Shown in pieces: positions 44,724-54,119 of a stretch of 64,000 nt of DNA. The position numbers and the translations under genes were made by a program. This DNA comes from Clostridia bacterium (lineage in GTDB: Bacteria; Bacillota; Clostridia; UBA1381; UMGS1253). The stretch spans positions 3,092 to 67,091 of the forward strand of contig JAZSQB010000016.1 in the NCBI GenBank assembly GCA_045537695.1, read 5' to 3'. How positions within the stretch are numbered: position 1 is the stretch's first letter; every line of letters starts with the position of its first letter. The notes under the pieces are model-generated. The model worked only from the letters and a program-made list of their open reading frames with translations. It was not told the DNA's origin and did not search any database.

Positions 44724-45431
44724 TTATGCCTCATCCAAGCCATCTAACTGCACCTGGCTGCGCAAGGCATCCATACGTGCGTCCAACTCAGCGCTTAAGC
44801 TTGCGCATTCCAAAAGCTCCTGCGCCATCGCATCCGTAAAGACAAAATCCTTTTTATAGCGCAGCTGATGCTCCAGGCTTGCCCAAAAATCCATCGCAAT
44901 CGTGCGGAGTTGAATCTCCACGCGCATTTCTCGCTTTTCGTGCGCCAGGAAAATGGGCACCGTAACAATCAGGTGCAAGCTTCTGTAGCCGTTCGGTTTT
45001 GGATTGGCAATATAGTCCTTTTTCGCAATCAGGCAAATATCATCCTGCTTTAAAAGCGCATCCGCCAACATATACACATCCTGCGGAAAGGAGCATACCA
45101 CCCGCACGCCGGCAATATCGTTTAAGCTCTGCTCCATGGATTCTACCGTAAACGGCAACCCTCTGCCGATCAGCTTTTCGCGCATGCTGAACATACTTTT
45201 AATACGGCTTTTAATGTCGTTGATGGGGTTACGATCCAAACGCAGGGAAAACTCCTCGTTTAACACATTAAACTTCGTCTCCACTTCCATCATCGCACAG
45301 CGATAATATGCCATCAGCTTGGAAAACTCGTGCGCTTTTTCCTGCGCCTCTTCCACAAAGTCCTCGCCGAAATAGTCCACAATATGCTTTTGAAACGCCT
45401 GCATATCCTTAAATGCATTCACATTTTTCAT
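44724..45431 (-). CDS. Small alarmone synthetase (RelQ/RelP-type GTP pyrophosphokinase)
   Basis: RelA/SpoT synthetase motifs GVRVVCSF, YRSLHLIV and EIQLRTIAMDFWASLEHQLRYK. At 235 aa it has no hydrolase domain. Confidence 0.85.
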   Translation of the reverse strand: MKNVNAFKDMQAFQKHIVDYFGEDFVEEAQEKAHEFSKLMAYYRCAMMEVETKFNVLNEEFSLRLDRNPINDIKSRIKSMFSMREKLIGRGLPFTVESMEQSLNDIAGVRVVCSFPQDVYMLADALLKQDDICLIAKKDYIANPKPNGYRSLHLIVTVPIFLAHEKREMRVEIQLRTIAMDFWASLEHQLRYKKDFVFTDAMAQELLECASLSAELDARMDALRSQVQLDGLDEA

Positions 45432-45583
45432 GCTGTCTCACCTCGGTTTCTATTGTAACGCATTTCGACAAAATTTGCAAGGTAATATAATCTTTCAATT
45501 GCCAAGTCATCCAGCGCAACCTACATTACTATCGCACATAAAAATCCAGTAGGCAATATGCCTACTGGATTTTTATTGCTTTT

Positions 45584-48500
45584 TTACTGAACAACTATAG
45601 CCGTAGTTGCCGTCACTGTCGAGAACATACCCTGGTAAGACGCTGTAATCTTTGCTCTGCCCTTACCTACACAGGTCACAAGACCATTTGCATCTACAGT
45701 TGCAACTGCCGGGTTGTCGCTTGTAAATACAACACCGTCAACAGCTACTTCGACGCCCTTGCCGTTGAATGCCTGCACAAACAGCTGCTTCGTGCCGCCA
45801 ACTGTACCCTGTACCTCATTACTTGCGAAGTAAAGCGGCCAGAACTGCATATCGGTCTCCATCTGTTCTTTGGAGGTATAGAAGCAAACCTCGCTATAAC
45901 TGCTGTAGGTACCGCCGCTTGAATCACCCTTACCGTTAATTCGGAAGAATTTTGCTGTCTTACCGTCTAACAGGAAGATATCCGGCATAACGGTTGTACC
46001 GCTTGTTTGTGTATCGAGCACCTGTTCCCAGGTTTCGCCGTCCATAGAAATCTCTGCGTTAAAGATAAAGCTGCGCGGCTCGCCTTTTGAATCTGCCATA
46101 CCGGCAAGACCAAATGCATACAGACTCACCGGCTCTCTGAATTCATAGCAAATCCATGCCGGAGACTGACCTGACCAACGGTTCACCAACTCCTTGGAAA
46201 TGATGTTATCCATCGTACCGAATTCCACATACTTATCGTGACCTGTAGAGAAGGTAACATGCTCTGCCGGCTGTCTGCTGATTTCTGCCGGAGGATCTTT
46301 CTCGATCGGTACACTTAATTGCAATTTGCTTATATTGCTTGTGCTGTTCGTACCAAACTGCCCTTCAAATTTATCGGCTACAAATGTAATGGTATATGTT
46401 TTTTCGCCGATTGTAAAGCTTGCTGTGTTGCCGTTTTGTGCAACCGGCGCACCGCTTGTCAGCGTTACGGTCGGGATATTGCCTTCCGTAATCATGTAAT
46501 AGTCTGTCTTATCCGTCGTAAAGGCGGTCATTTCCTTGCCGTCCAGCAGCACACGCTCCGAAAGCATCGAAATGATATTTGCCTTTTCTGCTTCTGTGTA
46601 TTCCATCACATTGTCCGAAATCACAATCAAGCCTCTGTCGTCCCAGAGTACCTGCTTACCGAGTGCCTCTACGAGCGCACGGAGCGGAATCAGCGTTCTC
46701 GCATTATAGGTATTTGCCGGAACATCCAGGATTTTTTCCACACCATTTACATACATCTTGTCAGAGCCAATCTGCAAGCTAATGTTGGTTTGTCCCTGCA
46801 TGACCGTTACCGTCTGCGTTGCATCGTCCCAACCAACCCTAGCATCAAAGCTTTCTGCAATAAATCTTACCGGCACGAGTGTTCTGCCGTTTTCCGTAAA
46901 CGGATATACATCGGCGTTCGCCGTATCTACATAGGTTCTGTTGCCCTTATCAAGCACCACTGGGCTGTTTAAGAAAAGTGCAACCGCATCGCCTGCCTGT
47001 CTTGCAGTCGGGATTGCATTGTCCGAAACGGACCAGCTGTCCATCGGCAATACCGGTGTCAATTTCTCCGGTGCAGCTTCACCCGCATCCAGCGGTACAA
47101 ACTCAACCGTAAGAGTTGTCTCAGTTACATTCTGCATATGAATGCCCAATTTGAACATATCCTGATACTTTTCATCCGGTGCAACCGGTGAAGTCGGAAG
47201 CGGTCTTGCCTGCATAATCTGGAAGGTTGCATCCACAGGACCTTGTGTAATGGCAACATACATTCTTTCTTTGCCGACCGTCAGAAGTGCGCTCTTTTTG
47301 TCTGCCGAAAGCAGAATATCGCCATCCGTATGCGCAAACCACCAAAGTTCAGACGGCTTTTTCATCTTCACTTCATCCTGCAAAACAACCGACTGTCTGT
47401 CCTTGGTCATATACATACCGCGCTTTGCAGAAACGAAATCCGAACTGCTCTTCGTCATATCCAGAATGGAAAATGCTTCATTTTCTGCTTCTTCGTGACG
47501 GACAAAGCTTGCCTGGGCATCCTTAGGCTGTTCAAAGCCTTCACCCGGATTTACAACCAGCGTATTTTGTCCCTCTGCGCGCTGGACATAATACATATAG
47601 CCACTGTAAAGCGCCGAATAATTCGCTCGGCCAATCGTACGCACAAAGCGTTCTCCGTTTGCATCAATCACAAATGTACCAAGTGAGTTATGCATATGCC
47701 CCGCATTATTTGCACCACCCTGCATCGCTGCATAGAGCGCATTATCATCCGTCCAGGAGGAGCGGAAGTTTGCCACCTGCGCATCGTCCTTGGCATTAAA
47801 TGTTTTATCCAGCGCTACGCCGTCCATGCTTTCCTGCGCATCTGCGTCGTAGTAGAGAATTGCAAAATACGGATAATCCACATCGCTGCCGACACGGCGA
47901 ATGCGCTCATTGAGCATCCATGTATAATCCGGGCGGTCAAACTTGTTTGCCAGCCAATATATAGACGGGTCAATCGCTAAGGCCTCGCTGCCGTCACCGA
48001 AGTTGAACATCTTCTCCGGCCCCGATGTATACAGCCAGTAATCGCCCATATACCGAATCATCGGCGTTTCATAATACCACGCCAGATCCGCCGGCATTTC
48101 ATAGCCTTCCACAAATGCAGTTTCACACTGTGCCACGAAATAAACCATAAATTCAGATGTAAGCCCCCAGTAAGAAGGACCTTCCGGGAAACCGCCGTCC
48201 GTACCGAATGCCTCGACCGGGATTCTGCCGTACTTAAGCGCTCCCTTGAACAAAAACTCCGAAACCTCCGGAATTTCATCTGCAAATGCAAGGGCAACAC
48301 CTGCCGCACACGCATTTGCAAGCATTGCTCTGTTCGTTGAGCCGCCGGCAATGTCCGCTTCCTTGATTGCGCCGTCATAAGCACGCACGTGCTGCCAAAT
48401 TGCCTGGCGCTTTACAATCTCAATAATTTCTAAGCGCTCTGCTTCCGTAAGACCGTAATACGCCCAGTCGTAGAAGCATGCAATACCGTACATCAGCTCG

Positions 48501-50149
48501 GACGGAATCATTGATGCCGCACCGTTCGACCAGTCCGGGAATGTGCCGGCGTTGCGGATTTCCGAAAGACCGCGGTCGATGTATTTTCTGTCCTGCTCTA
48601 CCAGATAGACAAAACCGAGCTCCATCAATCTTCTTTCAATCGTACGCGCAGCGGTAAGCAGGTTTCTTCCATTGGAAAATTCATATTCCTGATTTGGTAC
48701 AGTCAAACTCCAGTCTGCCTTGTTCTTTACAATATCATACCATGCACTGCACTGTTCTATATTGGCAATCTTATCTAAAACATCCTGTCGGTCATTGACA
48801 AACATTCTCGGATGCGGGCGCAGGTTAGACATATAGCTGTTCTTCGTCAACGGCTCGCCAATTTTTTCCCAGTTTGTACCAGTCTCCCCGTAATATTTGA
48901 CATCACCGAAATTCGGGGCGCTTGGCATATAGATAATCACGTTATCCATCAGCATGGTATCGTACGCTCCTAGGCGCGCGTCCAAGGATACACTCACGTC
49001 AAAGATATCACCCGGATCGTTCGGGAATTTCACGCTTTCAATTTTTTTACCGTCGCAGTAGGTTGTCATTTCCTGTTTCTTAAAGTCGACATGTGCCTCC
49101 AGCAGCGACCAGCCCTGTCCGTCTTCATCGTTAATCCATTGCGTTGTTGCAACAATGGACTTGTTTGCACTGTTATAGATTGAAAAACCGGCACTGCTCT
49201 TGGACAGGTTTGCATAATACGCTATATGTATCTCTGTCGGTCTTTTACCCATTGTAATCTTTTTCTGCAGGCTCGTTTTCTTCGGAATATTGGTGTTGTT
49301 GGTAAAGCGGATAACCTTCTGTCCGTCTAAAAGTCCCGGAAGAACATAATCGCCTTTCTTCGAAAAGTTGGCGGCACTCTCTACCGGCACATAGGAACTA
49401 CCGTTGAGCGAACAGTCATAGGTAAATGCGCTGTATTGCCCCTCCGGAACGGAAAGTGTCGGCGCCTGCGTTGTGCCGAACGGCTTCATTGCCTCCTCCG
49501 GCGTGATAGTGACCGTTTTTTCCACCCAATCCTCTGCAGCTATATTGTCTGTCGTAGAAAAAACAACGTCATCGAGGTACGCTTCACAGCCATCCTTCAG
49601 TCCGGTCACAAAACGGAATTGCGTATCGCTGAAATCTGTATATTTCAGCGCTGTGCTGCTCTGTTCTTGACCTTCTATATAGGTTGTATATATCATCTTC
49701 TCTAAGTCAAGCACAACCTTATAATTTGTCCAAGTATCGTTTGACGCTCTGATAAGTGTATTACTACCATCGGGTAATATCGTCATCAAAGAAAGCGATG
49801 CGTCAACCGTCTTCGCGCGGAAGCTGATTGTCAGATTCGTCATTCCAGAAAGCGTGACAAGTTTCTGCAGATTCGGAGAGTTACTCCCCGTTGCGCCGAC
49901 ATTGGTAAAGCGCAACACCATACCGGTTGCGTCCTTATATGCCGCAATCTTTGTCGTTTTCGCATTGGTGGTCTTTGACCACGCATTTGGATCTTTCGCG
50001 TTCACAATCGCCGCCTGTCCCTCTGTGTAGCTTTCAAAGCCTTCCGAAAACAGTACCGTTTCGGTTCCGCCTTTTGCCGCAAACACGTTGGTAATGCCGC
50101 AGCTCAGCAGCATACACAGGCAAAGCAGTAAACAAATTCCTCTTTTCAT
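45584..50149 (-). CDS. Secreted multidomain heparinase II/III-like polysaccharide lyase with stalk, discoidin-like and Big_2 domains
   Basis: Signal peptide MKRGICLLLCLCMLLSCGITNVFA. The central region has heparinase II/III-like features (GGANNAGHMHNSLGTFVIDANGERF). There is a copper-amine-oxidase-like stalk (TLVPVRFIAESFDARVGWDDATQTVTV, TLIPLRALVEALGKQVLWDD), an F5/8-type-C-like module and a C-terminal Ig-like fold. Confidence 0.65.
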   Translation of the reverse strand: MKRGICLLLCLCMLLSCGITNVFAAKGGTETVLFSEGFESYTEGQAAIVNAKDPNAWSKTTNAKTTKIAAYKDATGMVLRFTNVGATGSNSPNLQKLVTLSGMTNLTISFRAKTVDASLSLMTILPDGSNTLIRASNDTWTNYKVVLDLEKMIYTTYIEGQEQSSTALKYTDFSDTQFRFVTGLKDGCEAYLDDVVFSTTDNIAAEDWVEKTVTITPEEAMKPFGTTQAPTLSVPEGQYSAFTYDCSLNGSSYVPVESAANFSKKGDYVLPGLLDGQKVIRFTNNTNIPKKTSLQKKITMGKRPTEIHIAYYANLSKSSAGFSIYNSANKSIVATTQWINDEDGQGWSLLEAHVDFKKQEMTTYCDGKKIESVKFPNDPGDIFDVSVSLDARLGAYDTMLMDNVIIYMPSAPNFGDVKYYGETGTNWEKIGEPLTKNSYMSNLRPHPRMFVNDRQDVLDKIANIEQCSAWYDIVKNKADWSLTVPNQEYEFSNGRNLLTAARTIERRLMELGFVYLVEQDRKYIDRGLSEIRNAGTFPDWSNGAASMIPSELMYGIACFYDWAYYGLTEAERLEIIEIVKRQAIWQHVRAYDGAIKEADIAGGSTNRAMLANACAAGVALAFADEIPEVSEFLFKGALKYGRIPVEAFGTDGGFPEGPSYWGLTSEFMVYFVAQCETAFVEGYEMPADLAWYYETPMIRYMGDYWLYTSGPEKMFNFGDGSEALAIDPSIYWLANKFDRPDYTWMLNERIRRVGSDVDYPYFAILYYDADAQESMDGVALDKTFNAKDDAQVANFRSSWTDDNALYAAMQGGANNAGHMHNSLGTFVIDANGERFVRTIGRANYSALYSGYMYYVQRAEGQNTLVVNPGEGFEQPKDAQASFVRHEEAENEAFSILDMTKSSSDFVSAKRGMYMTKDRQSVVLQDEVKMKKPSELWWFAHTDGDILLSADKKSALLTVGKERMYVAITQGPVDATFQIMQARPLPTSPVAPDEKYQDMFKLGIHMQNVTETTLTVEFVPLDAGEAAPEKLTPVLPMDSWSVSDNAIPTARQAGDAVALFLNSPVVLDKGNRTYVDTANADVYPFTENGRTLVPVRFIAESFDARVGWDDATQTVTVMQGQTNISLQIGSDKMYVNGVEKILDVPANTYNARTLIPLRALVEALGKQVLWDDRGLIVISDNVMEYTEAEKANIISMLSERVLLDGKEMTAFTTDKTDYYMITEGNIPTVTLTSGAPVAQNGNTASFTIGEKTYTITFVADKFEGQFGTNSTSNISKLQLSVPIEKDPPAEISRQPAEHVTFSTGHDKYVEFGTMDNIISKELVNRWSGQSPAWICYEFREPVSLYAFGLAGMADSKGEPRSFIFNAEISMDGETWEQVLDTQTSGTTVMPDIFLLDGKTAKFFRINGKGDSSGGTYSSYSEVCFYTSKEQMETDMQFWPLYFASNEVQGTVGGTKQLFVQAFNGKGVEVAVDGVVFTSDNPAVATVDANGLVTCVGKGRAKITASYQGMFSTVTATTAIVVQ

Positions 50150-50471
50150 TTACTTTTCCTCCTTATACTTATAAAATTTTAAACCGTATCATGCTATATA
50201 GGTTCCCCGATTTTGTTTATATTCTACCATATAAACAGTAAACCTGTCAACTACTTCATTGTAATACATTTACAAAAAGCAATATGCTGATATCACCGCG
50301 CATATGACCAGAACAAAAAAACGGACAACAGACTTCCTTGTTTTTTGAAAGGCGCAAACCCCTGCGCTCCCATCTTCGTTGCATTGTACTTATCAGAACA
50401 GCAATTTCATCCCCGCCCGAAAAATAAAAAGCAAACGGAATTTGAACTGCACCATTTTATACAGACAGCAC

Positions 50472-50526
50472 AAAAAGGACCTTTATGGTAGCTATTTTAA
50501 TTCTACCATAGGAGGTCTCTTTTTTC
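50472..50526. terminator. Terminator downstream of uxaA
   Basis: The imperfect arms GGACCTTTATGGTAG and CTACCATAGGAGGTC form the hairpin, with T/A runs on both sides. Confidence 0.55.
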
Positions 50527-50580
50527 TATTGTCCATTTTTACTGGACCTGTTCAATTTTGCCTTGGCTCTTTTATTTTTA

Positions 50581-51963
50581 TTATAATGTTACGCCGTTTT
50601 TGAAAATGGCAATTTCACGATAGCCGTTTTCTTCGTTGCGCGTCTTTCTGCCTTCCGCAACAGAGATAATATAATCATAGAAATCCGCATCCAAATCCTT
50701 GCCTTCTAAAAGCGCACCGGCATTGTAGTCAATCCAGTTCGGTTTCCTTTCCGTAAGCGCTGTATTGGTGGAAATCTTCACTGTCGGACATGCGCCGGCA
50801 AACGGTGTGCCGCGACCCGTGGTAAAGAGCACCATATGACAACCGGACGCAATCAGGTTGGTTACTGCAACCATATCGTTGCCCGGCCCGTAGAGCAGAT
50901 TTAAGCCGCACTTTGCTGCCGGTTCGGCGATATCAAGCGCATCTACAACCGGCGCACAACCGCCTTTTTGCACGCAGCCGAGGGATTTTTCCTCAAGTGT
51001 CGTGATGCCGCCGGCTTTGTTGCCCGGGGACGGATTTTCGTAAATTGGCTGACCGTAGGCGATAAAATAATCCTTGTAGCGGTTAATCATATCCACGGTT
51101 TTATCAAAGATGTGTTCATCCACGCAGCGGTTCATCAAAATGGTTTCCGCGCCGAACATTTCCGGCACTTCACTTAAAACGGCGATGCCGTCCTGTGCGG
51201 TAAAGCGGTCGCAAAATCTGCCGACGAGCGGATTTGCCGTAACGCCGGAAAGCCCGTCCGAGCCGCCGCACTTTAAGCCGATTTTCAGCTTGGATACCGG
51301 AATTGGCTCACGCACTTGCTTTTTCGCTTCTTCCGCAAGCGCGCGCAGAATTTCCACGCCCTCTGCAAGTTCATCGTCGCTTTCCTGTGCGTTTAACAGG
51401 CGGATATTTGTACCTTCGATGTCTCCGAGCACTTTTGTAAACGTACCGAGATGATTGTTTTCACAGCCGAGGCCCAAAACCAATACGCCAAATGCATTCG
51501 GGTGATGGCAAAGTGCAGAAAGCACCTTCTGCGTGGTTTCGTGATCGCCGCCGAGCTGCGAGCAGCCGTAAGGATGCACGAATGCGTATGTATCTGCAAA
51601 AAAGCTTCTTGCCTTTTCAGCAATCTTTTCCGCCGCACCATTGATGCAACCTACGGTCGGGATAATCCACAGTTCATTGCGGATTGCCGCTTCGCCGTTT
51701 TTGCGCATATAACCCATAAAGGTCGGCGTTGGCGATTTTTTAACTTCAAATTCAGGCTGATAGGAATATTCAAGCTTGCCTTCCAAGCCCGTCTTTACAT
51801 TATGGGAATGCACATGCTCCCCTTCTGCAATATCTGCGGTTGCCACGCCGATCGGAAATCCGTATTTGATAACCTTTTCACCGGCTTTGATGGCATTGGC
51901 CGCATATTTATGTCCGCTTGTCACATCGACAAGCACGTTGTCTTTTTCGTGTATTCTAAGCAT
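50581..51963 (-). CDS. uxaA: Altronate dehydratase (UxaA family)
   Basis: It starts MLRIHEKDNVLV (SAF domain) and the conserved C-terminal region GCENN / GGSDG is present. ATG 51961-51963 abuts the uxaB stop. Confidence 0.85.
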   Translation of the reverse strand: MLRIHEKDNVLVDVTSGHKYAANAIKAGEKVIKYGFPIGVATADIAEGEHVHSHNVKTGLEGKLEYSYQPEFEVKKSPTPTFMGYMRKNGEAAIRNELWIIPTVGCINGAAEKIAEKARSFFADTYAFVHPYGCSQLGGDHETTQKVLSALCHHPNAFGVLVLGLGCENNHLGTFTKVLGDIEGTNIRLLNAQESDDELAEGVEILRALAEEAKKQVREPIPVSKLKIGLKCGGSDGLSGVTANPLVGRFCDRFTAQDGIAVLSEVPEMFGAETILMNRCVDEHIFDKTVDMINRYKDYFIAYGQPIYENPSPGNKAGGITTLEEKSLGCVQKGGCAPVVDALDIAEPAAKCGLNLLYGPGNDMVAVTNLIASGCHMVLFTTGRGTPFAGACPTVKISTNTALTERKPNWIDYNAGALLEGKDLDADFYDYIISVAEGRKTRNEENGYREIAIFKNGVTL

Positions 51964-51964
51964 A

Positions 51965-53323
51965 TTACGCCTCCAAAAGTTCACGGATAACTGTGCGCAC
52001 ACCGCGTGCTTCACAGTCGGCAATGTAGCCTTCTACCTTCGCTAAAAGTCCGTCCATCTTTGTCAAATCCTGCCCCCACATATCTGCGTTCGCAAGCACC
52101 TGCGCCGCAGTTGCGCCCTGCATAAACGCCAGCGCCTCCGGCATATCATTTGCCTTATCTGTGTGATAGAACATAATGAGTGCCGCCAAAGAGAAGGTTA
52201 AAATCTTCGACGGTGTACCATTTTCAAGAGCACCAAGCAAAGACGGAAGCACTCTTTCCTTATACTTCGCTGTGGAATTGAGACAAATATCTAAAAGTCT
52301 GTGGCGGATGTACGGATTTTCAAAACGCTCCATGACGCTGCTGGCAAAGTCTTCGAGTTCTTCTTTAGAAAGACCGTCAATTGTCGGGATCACTTCTTCA
52401 AAGATACCCTTGCGCACGTATTTGCCCATAATTTCGTCGTCCATCATTTCCTTCACGGTTTCTAATCCGCAAAGCTGCGCCGCCATAACGCTCATCGTGT
52501 GCGCGCCGTTTAAAATGCGCACCTTGCGCTTTTTGTACGGTACAATATTATCCGTAAAGATAACATTATAGCCATACGTATCGAGCGGCAGTAAATCCTT
52601 CTTGTCATTCATGCCTTCGATAACCCAAAGATGGAAATATTCCGCCGTTACCATCAGCTTATCTTCGTAGCCGAGGCGCTCTGCCCAGGCAGCCTCTTCG
52701 CCGCGCGGGAATCCCGTTACGATACGGTCCACAAGCGAGCTTGCAAAGGTGCAGGCTTCTTCAACCCACGCCTTAAAGCCGTCTTCTAACTGCCAAAGGT
52801 CAATATACTGCATTACGCACTTTTTGAGTGCTCTACCGTTAAAGTCAATGAGTTCACAGGCGATGAAAATAATACCCTTGTCCTTTGCGCCCTCAAATGC
52901 CTTATAACGCGCATATAAAAACTGCGTTACCTTACCCGGAAAGGAATTTGCCGGCATATCATCAATTTTGCAGCTATCAACAAAGGTGATACCGGCTTCT
53001 GTCGTGTTAGAAATTACAAACTGCAGCTCCGGCTTGTTTGCCATCTCTAAAAACGCATCAAAATCTGCATAAGGATTGATGCAGCGGCTTACCGCCGTAT
53101 TCTTTGTAATTTCTTCTACAAGCTCACCGTTTTGCTTACCGCGCAAAATCGTTGTATACTGGCCATTCTGCGCATTAATCACTTCGCCCATACCCTGTGC
53201 AAGCGGCTGCACCAGCACAACAGATGTGTTAAAATCTGCTTTCTCATTGAGTCCGTTAATAAAATAATCCACAAAGCCGCGAAGGAAATTACCTTCACCA
53301 AATTGCAAAATTCTCTCCTGCAT
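51965..53323 (-). CDS. uxaB: Tagaturonate reductase / altronate oxidoreductase (mannitol dehydrogenase family)
   Basis: ILQFGEGNFLRGF N-terminus, a 452-aa length, and translational coupling to uxaA. Confidence 0.8.
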   Translation of the reverse strand: MQERILQFGEGNFLRGFVDYFINGLNEKADFNTSVVLVQPLAQGMGEVINAQNGQYTTILRGKQNGELVEEITKNTAVSRCINPYADFDAFLEMANKPELQFVISNTTEAGITFVDSCKIDDMPANSFPGKVTQFLYARYKAFEGAKDKGIIFIACELIDFNGRALKKCVMQYIDLWQLEDGFKAWVEEACTFASSLVDRIVTGFPRGEEAAWAERLGYEDKLMVTAEYFHLWVIEGMNDKKDLLPLDTYGYNVIFTDNIVPYKKRKVRILNGAHTMSVMAAQLCGLETVKEMMDDEIMGKYVRKGIFEEVIPTIDGLSKEELEDFASSVMERFENPYIRHRLLDICLNSTAKYKERVLPSLLGALENGTPSKILTFSLAALIMFYHTDKANDMPEALAFMQGATAAQVLANADMWGQDLTKMDGLLAKVEGYIADCEARGVRTVIRELLEA

Positions 53324-53538
53324 AACAACAGCTCCCTTACTTTATAATATAATAATTGTATTTTAGCACGCCTAAAAATAAATATCTACACCTTTAAAAG
53401 CAATTTTTTAATTTTCTGCAATTTTTGATTTGTTTGCTGACCTATTTTAAATACCCTTACAGATTATCGTCGAACGCTTATGTTCCCAACGTATAAAAAC
53501 CGGCCTGCATACATATATTTTTTACCGAGGTGATTTTT

Positions 53539-54012
53539 ATGTGGCAAAAAATAAAGCCCTATGTAATTTCCATTGCAATCGCACTGGGTGTCGGCGGTTT
53601 CTCCGCATTGGTAACCATGGAAAATATGGACATTTACGAAAGTATCATACAACCGCCGCTCGCACCACCATCCTGGTTATTCGGTGTCGTTTGGGGCATT
53701 TTGTTCGTCCTGATGGGTATTAGTGCCGCGCTTGTGTATACCTGCCGCAGCTGCGACCGTGCACAGGTGCGCTCTGCGCTCACTGTCTACGCGCTGCAGT
53801 TGGTGGTCAATTTTTTTTGGAGCATCATTTTCTTTAATCTGCAAGCATTCTGGTTTGCGTTTCTCTGGATTTTGCTTTTGTGGGGCTTAATTTTATGGAT
53901 GCTAATTCTTTTTTACCGCGTCCGTCCGCTTGCTGCGTATTTGCAAATCCCGTACTTTTTATGGGTGACTTTTGCGGCGTATCTGACATTGGCAATTGCA
54001 ATATTAAATTAA
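53539..54012 (+). CDS. tspO: TspO/MBR tryptophan-rich sensory protein
   Basis: Five TM segments, PPSWLFGVVWGILFVLMG, and Trp-rich loops. A GAGGTG RBS precedes the ATG at 53539. Confidence 0.85.
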   Translation: MWQKIKPYVISIAIALGVGGFSALVTMENMDIYESIIQPPLAPPSWLFGVVWGILFVLMGISAALVYTCRSCDRAQVRSALTVYALQLVVNFFWSIIFFNLQAFWFAFLWILLLWGLILWMLILFYRVRPLAAYLQIPYFLWVTFAAYLTLAIAILN

Positions 54013-54119
54013 AAAAGTCCGGCATATGATAGCTAAAAAGCCTGATTTTCTAAATATTTAGAAAATCAGGCTTAAATATTAGTATCCTTAGCCGTACACA
54101 CCTTATGCCGGACTTTTTT
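54011..54119. repeat. Nested inverted repeats filling the tspO / M15-peptidase convergent gap
   Basis: The outer 16-bp perfect inverted repeat is AAAAAAGTCCGGCATA (54011-54026) / TATGCCGGACTTTTTT (54104-54119). The inner palindrome of about 36 bp is AAGCCTGATTTTCTAAATATTTAGAAAATCAGGCTT (54038-54073). Confidence 0.75.
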
